NCBI GenBank assembly: GCA_963833125.1
Contig: CAWHWX010000032.1
Coordinates: 16,187-80,186, forward strand
Length of the DNA stretch: 64,000 nucleotides
Direction: 5' to 3'
DNA from: Candidatus Bathyarchaeota archaeon
GTDB lineage: Archaea; Thermoproteota; Bathyarchaeia; 40CM-2-53-6
Both the position numbers and the translations under genes were made by a program. This document shows, piece by piece, positions 10,281-18,871 of the stretch (within the stretch, counting starts at the first letter, position 1; every line of letters starts with the position of its first letter). Below the pieces are notes generated by a model. That model was not told the DNA's origin. It saw only the letters and a program-made list of their open reading frames with translations, and did no database searches.

Positions 10281-11015
10281 CTAGTCGACCAAATTGACTT
10301 CGCCATTTTGCAGAAGTTTGAGCTGGTGCCATCGAGAATCGTAGTTCTTGCCTCGCATAGTTCTAACCCTCACAAAGTGTTCGATCGCTGCATCTCTCTC
10401 TTCGCTCTTGAATTCAATTATTCCATCGCACAACGATTCCCATTGCCTGCAGAATGAGTCCGAGTAAACTCCAGTTACGAGGGAGTGTACAAATGCGAGT
10501 TCACGATTTCTGGCCGAAGGGATAGCTCTAGTTCTCCAGAAATCTATGAACTGTTTCTCATCGTTGTATTGAAGCAAGACCGAGGTATTGTCGTCTATGT
10601 GCAGTCGTTCCTTTTCGGCTTGAGGTGCTCCAGCCTTGAGTTCTTGTGAACTTGCAATGCTCCAATCTGAAAGCTTGACTGATTGTGTCTGGTAGTGGAC
10701 TCGACCTGTTGGCTTTTTGCCTGCCCCTACTCCTAGTTGAACGGTGTAACTGTCAATTATGCTCAGAGTTCCTTCTTCTTCCGACTTCTTGACGTCTAAC
10801 CCAAAATCGGTGAGTGCCTCAACAACCTCATTCGGCATGTGCTGGAAGATGTGGTAGTCCGTCCTTATCCCGTCCCTTACCGCTTGAACCGCTATTGTCA
10901 AAGATGTTTCATACCATACGGATTTCGGATCGAATTCGACCAGTAGGTTGACGCCGTACCCGAATCCGTTTGGGACCAGTTCCTTGATCATTGGCAGCGC
11001 TAGGCGGTTCGACAA
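10281..11015 (-). CDS. RAD55/KaiC-like RecA-fold protein with degenerate Walker A
   Basis: LSIIDSYT, CDGIIEFK and VRVRTMRG motifs; P-loop region reads VEFDPKSVWYETS with no GKT. Confidence 0.75.
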   Translation of the reverse strand: MSNRLALPMIKELVPNGFGYGVNLLVEFDPKSVWYETSLTIAVQAVRDGIRTDYHIFQHMPNEVVEALTDFGLDVKKSEEEGTLSIIDSYTVQLGVGAGKKPTGRVHYQTQSVKLSDWSIASSQELKAGAPQAEKERLHIDDNTSVLLQYNDEKQFIDFWRTRAIPSARNRELAFVHSLVTGVYSDSFCRQWESLCDGIIEFKSEERDAAIEHFVRVRTMRGKNYDSRWHQLKLLQNGEVNLVD

Positions 11016-11373
11016 GTAATTTCCTCAAGGGCACAGATACACAATGAAGCATTCATGAGACTTCGATTGATTTCTGCTTTGCGTTGTGTCTTGGAGAACA
11101 ACCGTGAGCTATCTGACTGTGAATGATGGGAGACGAGGTGGTAGTCTCATTTCCTTCAAAAAAAGACAGGAAAAGGTGTGTGTGCGCACCATACTATATG
11201 CACTCAGGTTGGAGAGGCGGCTTGAATATTCTTGAGTGAGATGAATGGGAAAATCGTGTTCTTGGCGCAAGGAAGAACAGATTGACCTACGATTGAAGGC
11301 TGGTTCAATCGTACCTAGTGGCCATCGCTTAAAAGCAAGCAACTAGGCGCTTCATAGCTAGGAGCAATTATGA

Positions 11374-11577
11374 ATGGCATTTATTCCTTTGATGTTCATT
11401 AAAATGAAATGGACTCTAGAATGTTGTCAATGCAAAACTGTCTTTCACATAACTGATCGGTGGGCACCTCATATTAGAGCAGGAATAGGCTTGCCAGGGC
11501 ATGAGTGGCAGTATCGCAAGTGCCCTAACTGCAATGAATCTCGTCGGTGTAAGGTAATAGCAATGGAACGTGCATAG
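11374..11577 (+). CDS. Small zinc-ribbon protein
   Basis: CCQC...CPNC pairs. Confidence 0.5.
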   Translation: MAFIPLMFIKMKWTLECCQCKTVFHITDRWAPHIRAGIGLPGHEWQYRKCPNCNESRRCKVIAMERA

Positions 11578-11620
11578 ATCCCTTGGGGAAAACACTAGTC
11601 ACATAGACTCGTACTCTTAC

Positions 11621-11725
11621 CTTCTAGTCTTCCTCGATGATGGGTGGGAATTGGTTCAACAGTTAGCCAACGGAAAACTGTTAGTGCGCAAACAGGCTCA
11701 AATTCTCTTGAAAATCGACAGGTAA
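11621..11725 (+). pseudogene. Second integrase-tail-like relic
   Basis: Reads LLVFLDDGWELVQQLANGKLLVRKQAQILLKIDR* with no start; paralogous to 4025-4125. Confidence 0.45.
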
Positions 11726-11867
11726 CGCTACCTCTACGGTTGATAACACAATAGAAGTCACATCCACCTTGTTATAGGAACATTGCTGTTCCGATTCGTA
11801 ATCTGATCGAGAACCGAACAAGGTGTTATTAACTTCAGAAACACCCGTCTGTCGTAGGTTCGTCTTC

Positions 11868-12668
11868 TTGAGACGTGTGGCGGTTGGGTTTGGATTACTC
11901 GTAGTTTTGTTCATGTTTCTGTTTTTGTTGGAGCCGTTGCCTGTTCACGCCGGCACTAGCATTGGAGTCGATAGCCCAGTTGCTATACAAACCTGTACTT
12001 CATGTGGGTCAACATTATCTTGGCAACATATGGTCGGTTCGAACTCGAATCGCGTGCTCATCGTGGCGGTTTCGGTGCTCTGCAATAGTGGTTGTAGTTC
12101 GACTTTTGTTTCAAGTGTTACCTTCGGTCCGAGCAGCACCCTCCTGACGGCTCTCACACCTGAAATCAGTGGGATAAATCTCCTGGCTCAGCAATGGTAC
12201 CTGCTGAATCCGAGCAGTGGACTAGGTACGGTAACCGTCACGTTTTCTGCTGGTCTCGGTGCAGCCGTTGGGGCTTCAGTGTCATTCTTCAACGTGGCTG
12301 GAATTGGAGCCTCGAATGGGGTCGCCGGTTCCGGTTCGCCTGCGAGCGTATCCATATCGTCAGCTAATCCGGGGGACCTCCTGGTTGATACTCTCGCCTC
12401 AGGCGTTTCCTCGTCGCCGGTAGCAGGTCAGACGCAGTTATGGAACCAATTTCCAGCTAACATTCTTACAGGAGCAGGCAGCGATAAGACGGCAGCATCA
12501 CCGGTTCTAATGCAATGGACACTCGCTGGTTTCTGGGCTTTAGTAGCAGTTGACCTCCAAGCCTCTGCTCCACCAATCCCAGAGTATCCGCTTGGACTAC
12601 CAATACTAGCAATATTCATGATAATTGGGTACGGTGTAATCAGACGTAAAGTGAAGCACGAACCCTGA
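11868..12668 (+). CDS. Secreted/surface protein with PIPEYPLG anchor
   Basis: Signal peptide LRRVAVGFGLL...PVHA; domain paralogous to 1..712; PPIPEYPLG-TM-RRK. Confidence 0.85.
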   Translation: MRRVAVGFGLLVVLFMFLFLLEPLPVHAGTSIGVDSPVAIQTCTSCGSTLSWQHMVGSNSNRVLIVAVSVLCNSGCSSTFVSSVTFGPSSTLLTALTPEISGINLLAQQWYLLNPSSGLGTVTVTFSAGLGAAVGASVSFFNVAGIGASNGVAGSGSPASVSISSANPGDLLVDTLASGVSSSPVAGQTQLWNQFPANILTGAGSDKTAASPVLMQWTLAGFWALVAVDLQASAPPIPEYPLGLPILAIFMIIGYGVIRRKVKHEP

Positions 12669-12807
12669 ACCCGAACTCAAGTTATTGTGTAGAATCGACT
12701 GATTTTCGACTCGGAATCATGTTTTACTCCTACAGTTCTGTCGGGACAAAGTATTTTAGAGCTTGAACCGAAAGCGGTCGAATTAACCGCCTCGATTGGT
12801 GTCTTGA

Positions 12808-13812
12808 TTGGGCCATAGGAAAGTTCACGCGCCGAAACGCGGCTCCTTATCCTACCTACCTAGAGGGCGTGCTTCACGGTGGGTCGGCAGGATTAGGAAT
12901 TGGCCCGAAGTTGAGGAGGGACCGAGGTTGCTTGCTTTTGCTGGATTCAAGGCGGGCATGACCTACGCTCTCGCCATTGACACCCGTGAGGGATCGCTTA
13001 CTTTCGGAAAAGAAGTCGTCATCTCACTAACAACCCTAGAAGCGCCGCCAATGCTGGCTTGCGCATTGAGGGCCTACACGAAACATTACAAGGGGTTGCA
13101 GACTTTCGGCGAGGCTTGGATGGAGAAACTGCCCAAAGACTTTGAACGTGTCATTTCCGTTCCTGAGAAATTCTCAACTGAGGACGGGTTGAAGAAGATT
13201 GAAGGTGGCTTGGAGAAGATTGAGGAGTTGCGCCTACTCATGGCGACTCAGCCGCGTCTTGCAAAGCACGGAATCAAAGCACCCCAAATGATGGAGGTGA
13301 GAATCGGAGGAGGGTCGATCAAGGATCGATTCGAGTATGGAAAGAAAATGGTCGGCCAAGAAATCAAAGTTGCCGACTTCATCAAGGAGGGGCAAGTTGT
13401 CGACGCGATTGGAATAACGAAAGGTAAGGGTATTCAGGGCCCCGTTAAGAGGTGGGGCATTCGACGTAAGATTCACAAGGCTCGAAAAACCGTCCGCCAA
13501 GTCGGATCAATTGGTGGCTGGACACCGCACTACGTCATGTATTCAGTCCCGCGTGCTGGGCAGATGGGATTCCACCAGAGAACCGAATACAACAAAATTG
13601 TAATGAAAGTAGGCAACAACGGGAGCGAAATCACGCCAAAGGGTGGCTTCCTAAAGTACGGCATAGTCAACTCAGACTACGTTGCGGTTAAGGGCAGCGT
13701 GCCGGGAACAAGAAATAGGCTGATCGTGATACGATTGGCAATGCGTCCGCCACCGGAATCGAAACCGGCGAAACTAGATTACCTAAGCCTCGCATCAGTC
13801 CAAGGCGACTGA
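12808..13812 (+). CDS. rpl3: 50S ribosomal protein L3 (uL3)
   Basis: HAPKRGSL..PRGR, AGFKAGMT, ITKGKGIQGPVKRWG and PRAGQMGFHQRTEYNK motifs. Confidence 0.98.
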   Translation: MGHRKVHAPKRGSLSYLPRGRASRWVGRIRNWPEVEEGPRLLAFAGFKAGMTYALAIDTREGSLTFGKEVVISLTTLEAPPMLACALRAYTKHYKGLQTFGEAWMEKLPKDFERVISVPEKFSTEDGLKKIEGGLEKIEELRLLMATQPRLAKHGIKAPQMMEVRIGGGSIKDRFEYGKKMVGQEIKVADFIKEGQVVDAIGITKGKGIQGPVKRWGIRRKIHKARKTVRQVGSIGGWTPHYVMYSVPRAGQMGFHQRTEYNKIVMKVGNNGSEITPKGGFLKYGIVNSDYVAVKGSVPGTRNRLIVIRLAMRPPPESKPAKLDYLSLASVQGD

Positions 13813-13818
13813 GCGAAC

Positions 13819-15041
13819 TCAACGCCACCTTCCCCAAGCCTCCCCAACGAACCTCCTACTCTCCTTAGGTAGAGAATAAACAGCAGTTGCGCACGCCAGA
13901 ATCGATGGTCCGGAGGCAGCCATCCTTTCCTTCAGTAAGGCTTCCCAAGGCTGAAGTTCATTCGCCATCGACTCCAGCAGCTCGTCCGCGTCTTGGCTTA
14001 GAGTCCAGAAAAGACTCTCGTTTCCTATGGTCGAGGACAATATCCGCCGCTTCCTCGGTTATGGCCAAATTCTTAACCAACCAATCTTTCAGCTCGGTTA
14101 GCGCTCCGACGCCTCTTCCCTGCGAGAATAGTACAGCCAATTTGATTCTTGTTGGGAGTATGTCCCAAGCATACTCTACTTGGTATTCCAAGTCCAGATC
14201 GAGTCCCTTTTCTAAACTCGCCTTCTGAGAAGATCAAGGGTAGCGGAGGAAGCGGTTCCATACTACCTACGGGGAGATCTACCTTCAGCCGATTATGCGC
14301 ACACTTCTTCCGACACTCTGTCTCTGGCACTTGGCCGTTGAACCCAAGTTCCTTTGCCTTCCAAACCTCCTTGATGACCGACTGGCTTGGAACGTATTTC
14401 TCCTTCACAATCGAGAACGTGGCGAGCCTCGGGTATACGAGGATGGTTTCGGCGGCGCTTTTTATGAGGCGAGGAGAAAATTTTGGCGATTCACCTTCAA
14501 GTCGCTCTCTAAGAAGATAGACGCCGAACTGTTCGGCTATGCCGTTGTAGAACATTGCTTGAAATTTATACGCTGGAGTTGTTTTCGCGGAGTCCTTCGC
14601 TTCAACTATTATGGGCATGCCGTTTTGTTCCGTCAAGGCGATGAAATCCGGTCGTGCGGTTCCAGCCAGGTCGGGGTGGCGGCCTTCCCCCCTACCAACG
14701 ATCGTCACGGTTTTGTACGCGCCCTTGAGACTCTTGCGAATCTCATCCATCCCTTCTACGGACTGAGTAGCGATCTGCGCAAGATACTCGTTAACCCTAA
14801 GCTCTGGGATCGAGTGGGCGATTTGTTTCAAAGCCTCGTGTTTCGGGAACCCTTGAAGGCTTAGCTTGACCGCGGCTTCACCGATCTTTCCTATAATTGC
14901 GGGCTCCGCTATCCTCCGTTGTTGAATTTGCTCTGCCTCACGGGTGGTTCTGATTGCTCTGTAGGCCTTGATGGCCACGATCTTCGGGCATCTACGATAA
15001 TCGTAGAGATCCTCTCGGGAGACGGTGAAGATTGAAGTCAA
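13819..15041 (-). CDS. Cas4/RecB-like PD-(D/E)XK nuclease with C-terminal extension (frameshifts near 14200 and 14000)
   Basis: DLYDYRRCPK, ARPDFIA, IVEAK, QAMFY and CRKKC motifs; tail in ORFs 13958..14191 and 13819..14040. Confidence 0.6.
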
Positions 15042-15114
15042 CGGTTAGTTTCTAGCTTACCATACAGCTGGTTAAGCATTGAAGGTTCCAATCTGAGCTT
15101 CAAGCATTCTTGTC

Positions 15115-15588
15115 TTATTCGGGTGGGTAGACTCGTTTTCCCGTCTTCCGGTCCACAATAGTAATCGCTTGCGTGGGGCAGGACTGCGCGGCCATAACGA
15201 GGTTGTCGAAATCCTTGCCTCCAGCCTCATCAAGAACATCAAGCTTTGCCCTGCTTTGAAATACGCCCTTGCCTGGTCGCTCGTCGAGTCGGAATACGTC
15301 CGGGGACACTATAACGCAGCTTCCGAACCCGAGGCATTTGTCGGGATCAACCTTGACTTTCAACTCCCCTTCCCCCTCTTCAGCAGACGCCTGCCTTTCT
15401 GAGGGCATTTTTACCCCCAGCCCGTCGAAAATCCGAATCAGCGCGTTGTTAATGCTAATCTTTGCGATCTTCCCATCTTTCGCATATGCTACCGTCACGT
15501 CCTCATCCAAAACCTTTGGGCTAGCGTCCTTGTCGTCCTGAATGAGGAGCTGCAATTGGTCGGTTCGCTTATCGTAAATCATCCTCAT
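15115..15588 (-). CDS. Ferredoxin fused to an N-terminal DUF2283-like domain
   Basis: CLGFGSC...PDVF...SCPTQAI; N-terminus MIYDKRTDQL...DVTVAYAKDGKIAKISI. Confidence 0.75.
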   Translation of the reverse strand: MRMIYDKRTDQLQLLIQDDKDASPKVLDEDVTVAYAKDGKIAKISINNALIRIFDGLGVKMPSERQASAEEGEGELKVKVDPDKCLGFGSCVIVSPDVFRLDERPGKGVFQSRAKLDVLDEAGGKDFDNLVMAAQSCPTQAITIVDRKTGKRVYPPE

Positions 15589-15702
15589 GATAATTTGCCT
15601 TAACCCATCGTAGTCTCCGACGTAGGTATGCCTTTCGCTGCCTTGTCAGGGTTGGAAGGAAACAACGTTTAGGGCGACCTCGGCAAATCATAAGGAGAAG
15701 GT

Positions 15703-17100
15703 GTGTGGTGGTTGCGCGACGGAAAGAAACTCAGAAAGGAACTCGAACGCTTCCTAACAAGCGAACGTGTCTTCACCAAAACCAAGATTCCTGCAAAGTA
15801 TCGTTTCGATGCCCTGAGGCCCTACCGACCGTACCCTCGACTCAGGAAGCGGGGCTACGCCCCAACCTTCCTTGTTAAGCCTGAAACCGATGCTCAAATC
15901 TCCGATGTAGTTCGAGTTGCACGCCGGTACCGTTGCCCAGTTGTAACCTATGGTGGTGGGACGGGGTTGATGGGTGCCGCGATAGCTGTAGGCGGAGGAA
16001 TTATGGTTGATACGAGCAGAATGAACCAGATCGAAGAGATTTCGAAAGAGGACATGATACTCCGAGCGCGTCCAGGTGTAGTTTTGGAGGAAGCTTACGT
16101 GAGGCTTGACCGGGACCACCTATTGTTCGCGCATGATCCTTGGACGAGGCCAATAGCCACCATTGGCGGTGCTATCTCGACGAACAGTCTTGGGTATATT
16201 GGTGCAAAATACGGAAGCATTGGGGCTCAGTTGCTCGGGGTTGAGGCGGTCCTTCCGAACGGAGACTTACTGAAAACCCGTTCTGCGCAATTTTCATCAA
16301 CTGGATTCGATTTGAGGCGGTTGTTCATCGGCACAGAGGGGCTCTTTGGAGTAATCACGTCTGCGGTCGTCCGTGCATTTCCGAAACCGGAAACTATGAG
16401 GTTGATGAGCTATGGATTCCCATCTTTCGAGAAAGCCCACCGCGCTATTAGCCTCATGCGAAGAGGCGATGTTAGACCGAGCATGATCGATTACGGTGAA
16501 GAACCAGGTTCCAAGGGAGAAAGTCAGCTTAACTTGGCATTCGACGGTCTTGAGAGGGAGGTTTTGGCTCAAACCGAGAGAGCGGAACAGGTGATCTCGG
16601 AACGTGGTGGAAACAAACTTGATGACGGGGATGGTCGGGAGTTCTGGGATCACCGTCACGATATTGCGCTCATGTATAGCCGCAGAGTTTCGAACACGGC
16701 CTCGGAGGAGGAGCCTCGAACGAAGTATGATTACATAAGCGTCTCCCTGCCAGCCTCGAAGATTCTGGGATTCCGCACCGAACTTCTGAGGATTGCTCGA
16801 GAGGGTGGGGTGAATGTTCTTGAGGTAGGTTTGTGGCAGGGTCCAGAACTCCTCTCTCTAGTTCTCTCTTCGAAAGCCGCCGACCCGAAGATTGCTACAA
16901 AGAAACTGTGGCGTGCGTCAAACCTCATCCTCCGTTCCGCACAAGATTTGGGAGGCGCTATGGAATTTTGCCATGGGGTTGGTATGAAGCTCGCCCATTT
17001 AATGGAGCGTGAGCATGGCGTGGGTTTGGAGGTTATGCGGCAGCTGAAAAGAACCATTGACCCGCTTGGAATAATGAACCCTGGAAAATGGTCGCTATGA
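15703..17100 (+). CDS. FAD-linked oxidase, GlcD/D-lactate dehydrogenase family
   Basis: YGGGTGLMG, ATIGGAIS, FIGTEGLFGVIT, HGVG and DPLGIMNPGK motifs. Confidence 0.92.
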   Translation: MWWLRDGKKLRKELERFLTSERVFTKTKIPAKYRFDALRPYRPYPRLRKRGYAPTFLVKPETDAQISDVVRVARRYRCPVVTYGGGTGLMGAAIAVGGGIMVDTSRMNQIEEISKEDMILRARPGVVLEEAYVRLDRDHLLFAHDPWTRPIATIGGAISTNSLGYIGAKYGSIGAQLLGVEAVLPNGDLLKTRSAQFSSTGFDLRRLFIGTEGLFGVITSAVVRAFPKPETMRLMSYGFPSFEKAHRAISLMRRGDVRPSMIDYGEEPGSKGESQLNLAFDGLEREVLAQTERAEQVISERGGNKLDDGDGREFWDHRHDIALMYSRRVSNTASEEEPRTKYDYISVSLPASKILGFRTELLRIAREGGVNVLEVGLWQGPELLSLVLSSKAADPKIATKKLWRASNLILRSAQDLGGAMEFCHGVGMKLAHLMEREHGVGLEVMRQLKRTIDPLGIMNPGKWSL

Positions 17101-17133
17101 CCTCGCGCAGTTTCGCGTGGATCGGGTGAGGTT

Positions 17134-18420
17134 ATGGCGAATAAGCGGTATGATGTGCTCGTTGTTGGAGCGGGAATCATTGGTTTATCCTCGGCTTATC
17201 ACATCAAACAAAACCATCCAGACCTCTCGGTTCTAATCATTGACCGTGCCCCTGCGGCGGGGCAGGGGGACACGGCGAAGAGTAATGCCGCATTACGTGA
17301 CACATTCACGTCACACGTGAACCGAACACTCGCACGAAGCTCGATAGAGTTCTACAAACACGTACAATCCGAAATCGGTTTCAACCTAAACCTAGACCTG
17401 GTCGGGTACCTTTGGTTGCTCAGCAAAGACCAGGTTCGAGAGTATGAAGCGGTTGAGACTGAGATGAGGGAGCAGGGAACTCGCCTTCGAACCGTTGAAT
17501 CAAATGAACTCGGCGCCCTGATCCCAGACCTTGTGATGCAACCTTCTTCACAACAGAGTAGGCTCATGGAATTGGAAAACGTGGAAAAGGGACTCTTCGG
17601 CATCGATTGCGGTATCGTCGCCCCCGAATTGATCGTTAAGTTCTACGAAAACGAACTCACGAAACTCGGCGCGAAATTTCAGTTCGGCACGGAAGCACAA
17701 GGAATACGGTTAGGGGCAAAGAAGAGTCTGGGTCTTCCCGGAGAACCCTTTGTCTGGCAGGAGAAAAACATCAAGGAAATCGACACGAACCGTGGCCCAA
17801 TCTCGGCGGACGTGATCGTCCTTTCCGCCGGAACAAGGAACCCACTCCTACTCGACCCGGTAGGCATAGATTGTATGATTAAACCTCGCAAAAACCAGCT
17901 CTTCCAATTGCGCGCACCGGGCCTTCAGCGATTGCTGAAGACGAAAGGTTTCAACGAACAGAACATAATCCCATTCACAATCCTACCAAAAGGAGAAGTC
18001 TACCTGAGGCCTGCGCCGAGGGAGAGCAGCCTATGGATTGCCGCGGCGGTAGGACTCGGACAACCGTTCAGGCTCGAAGAGGAACCCGCCGCAGACGGAG
18101 CATTCTACACGCAGAACATATACCCAGTTCTGAGCGAGTATTTCCCCTGCTTTACCGATCTTCGGCCGGTAAACATGTGGGCTGGCTTTTACGACGTCAA
18201 CTCCCTAGACTCAACCCCGATCGTGGCTAGGATAGGAAACTGCATAATCACCGCGGGCTTGAGTGGGAGCGGAATCATGAAAGCCGACTCCGTAGGTCGC
18301 ATAGCGGCCGCCCTTTTCGACGACAAAGAGGAAGCGACATTGTTCGGCAATCGCTGCATCTCAACTATGAAATTGGGACTTGTTAACCGAGCCGTTGAGA
18401 AAGAAAAATTCGTAATCTAG
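17134..18420 (+). CDS. FAD-dependent oxidoreductase (DAO/sarcosine oxidase beta-like)
   Basis: VVGAGIIGLSSAY, WAGFYD and GLSGSGIMKA motifs. Confidence 0.9.
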   Translation: MANKRYDVLVVGAGIIGLSSAYHIKQNHPDLSVLIIDRAPAAGQGDTAKSNAALRDTFTSHVNRTLARSSIEFYKHVQSEIGFNLNLDLVGYLWLLSKDQVREYEAVETEMREQGTRLRTVESNELGALIPDLVMQPSSQQSRLMELENVEKGLFGIDCGIVAPELIVKFYENELTKLGAKFQFGTEAQGIRLGAKKSLGLPGEPFVWQEKNIKEIDTNRGPISADVIVLSAGTRNPLLLDPVGIDCMIKPRKNQLFQLRAPGLQRLLKTKGFNEQNIIPFTILPKGEVYLRPAPRESSLWIAAAVGLGQPFRLEEEPAADGAFYTQNIYPVLSEYFPCFTDLRPVNMWAGFYDVNSLDSTPIVARIGNCIITAGLSGSGIMKADSVGRIAAALFDDKEEATLFGNRCISTMKLGLVNRAVEKEKFVI

Positions 18421-18471
18421 AGGGCAAGCGGAAATACAATTTAAGACAGACTGACTGAGCGTAAGGACGGC

Positions 18472-18583
18472 GCCTCGGTGGCTCAGCCTGGTAGATTACC
18501 TATACGGTAACTGGGAAGCGGCCGCCTCGTAACTCACGCAAGAAAGCGGCAGGTCGCGGGTTCAAACCCCGCCCGAGGCTCCA
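18472..18583 (+). tRNA. tRNA-Thr(CGT) with a D-arm intron (~22 nt) and a canonical 37/38 intron (13 nt); CCA encoded
   Basis: Acceptor GCCTCGG/CCGAGGC, anticodon arm GCCGC-CTCGTAA-GCGGC after intron removal, T-arm GCGGG-TTCAAAC-CCCGC. Confidence 0.93.
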
Positions 18584-18599
18584 AAACCCGAACCCATAC

Positions 18600-18604
18600 G
18601 CATT
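18600..18604 (+). repeat. Target-site duplication GCATT (tRNA-proximal copy)
   Basis: Directly precedes TGT at 18605; identical to 63926-63930. Confidence 0.85.
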
Positions 18605-18669
18605 TGTAGATTCTCATACTGTTTGTCAAATTCTCATACACCGTGTCATTTCTCTCAAACTGCGTGTCA
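18605..18669 (+). repeat. tRNA-proximal transposon end with three closely spaced TnsB-type sites
   Basis: TCTCATACTGTTTGTCA (18612), TCTCATACACCGTGTCA (18632), TCTCAAACTGCGTGTCA (18653). Confidence 0.88.
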
Positions 18670-18871
18670 CTGCGGTTGTTGACTTAATCTGATAAGCCAA
18701 CTAGAAAAGAGAAACGCCATCCCGCAATTGTCTTCTACAGTTACGGGGAGCTAGCCATGATAGTCCACAGATAGATTGAGGAGGTTGCGGGACTATGAAT
18801 GATTACTCGTTGGATCGATAAGCGCTAGTTTTAAGCGGTTGATGCGTCACTATCAGAAGTGTTTGCCCGCC

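Noticed and set aside
10111-10306. Long N-terminus of ORF 9260..10306
   Set aside because: Precedes the signal peptide and overlaps the neighbouring gene; probably not translated
1-12757. Diversity-generating retroelement behind the surface-protein variation
   Set aside because: No reverse transcriptase; the repeats cover constant regions and show no adenine-specific mismatches
18544-18583. Integrase-type island with a duplicated tRNA-Thr 3' end
   Set aside because: No second copy of this tRNA end and no intact integrase seen; the Tn7-type ends explain the island
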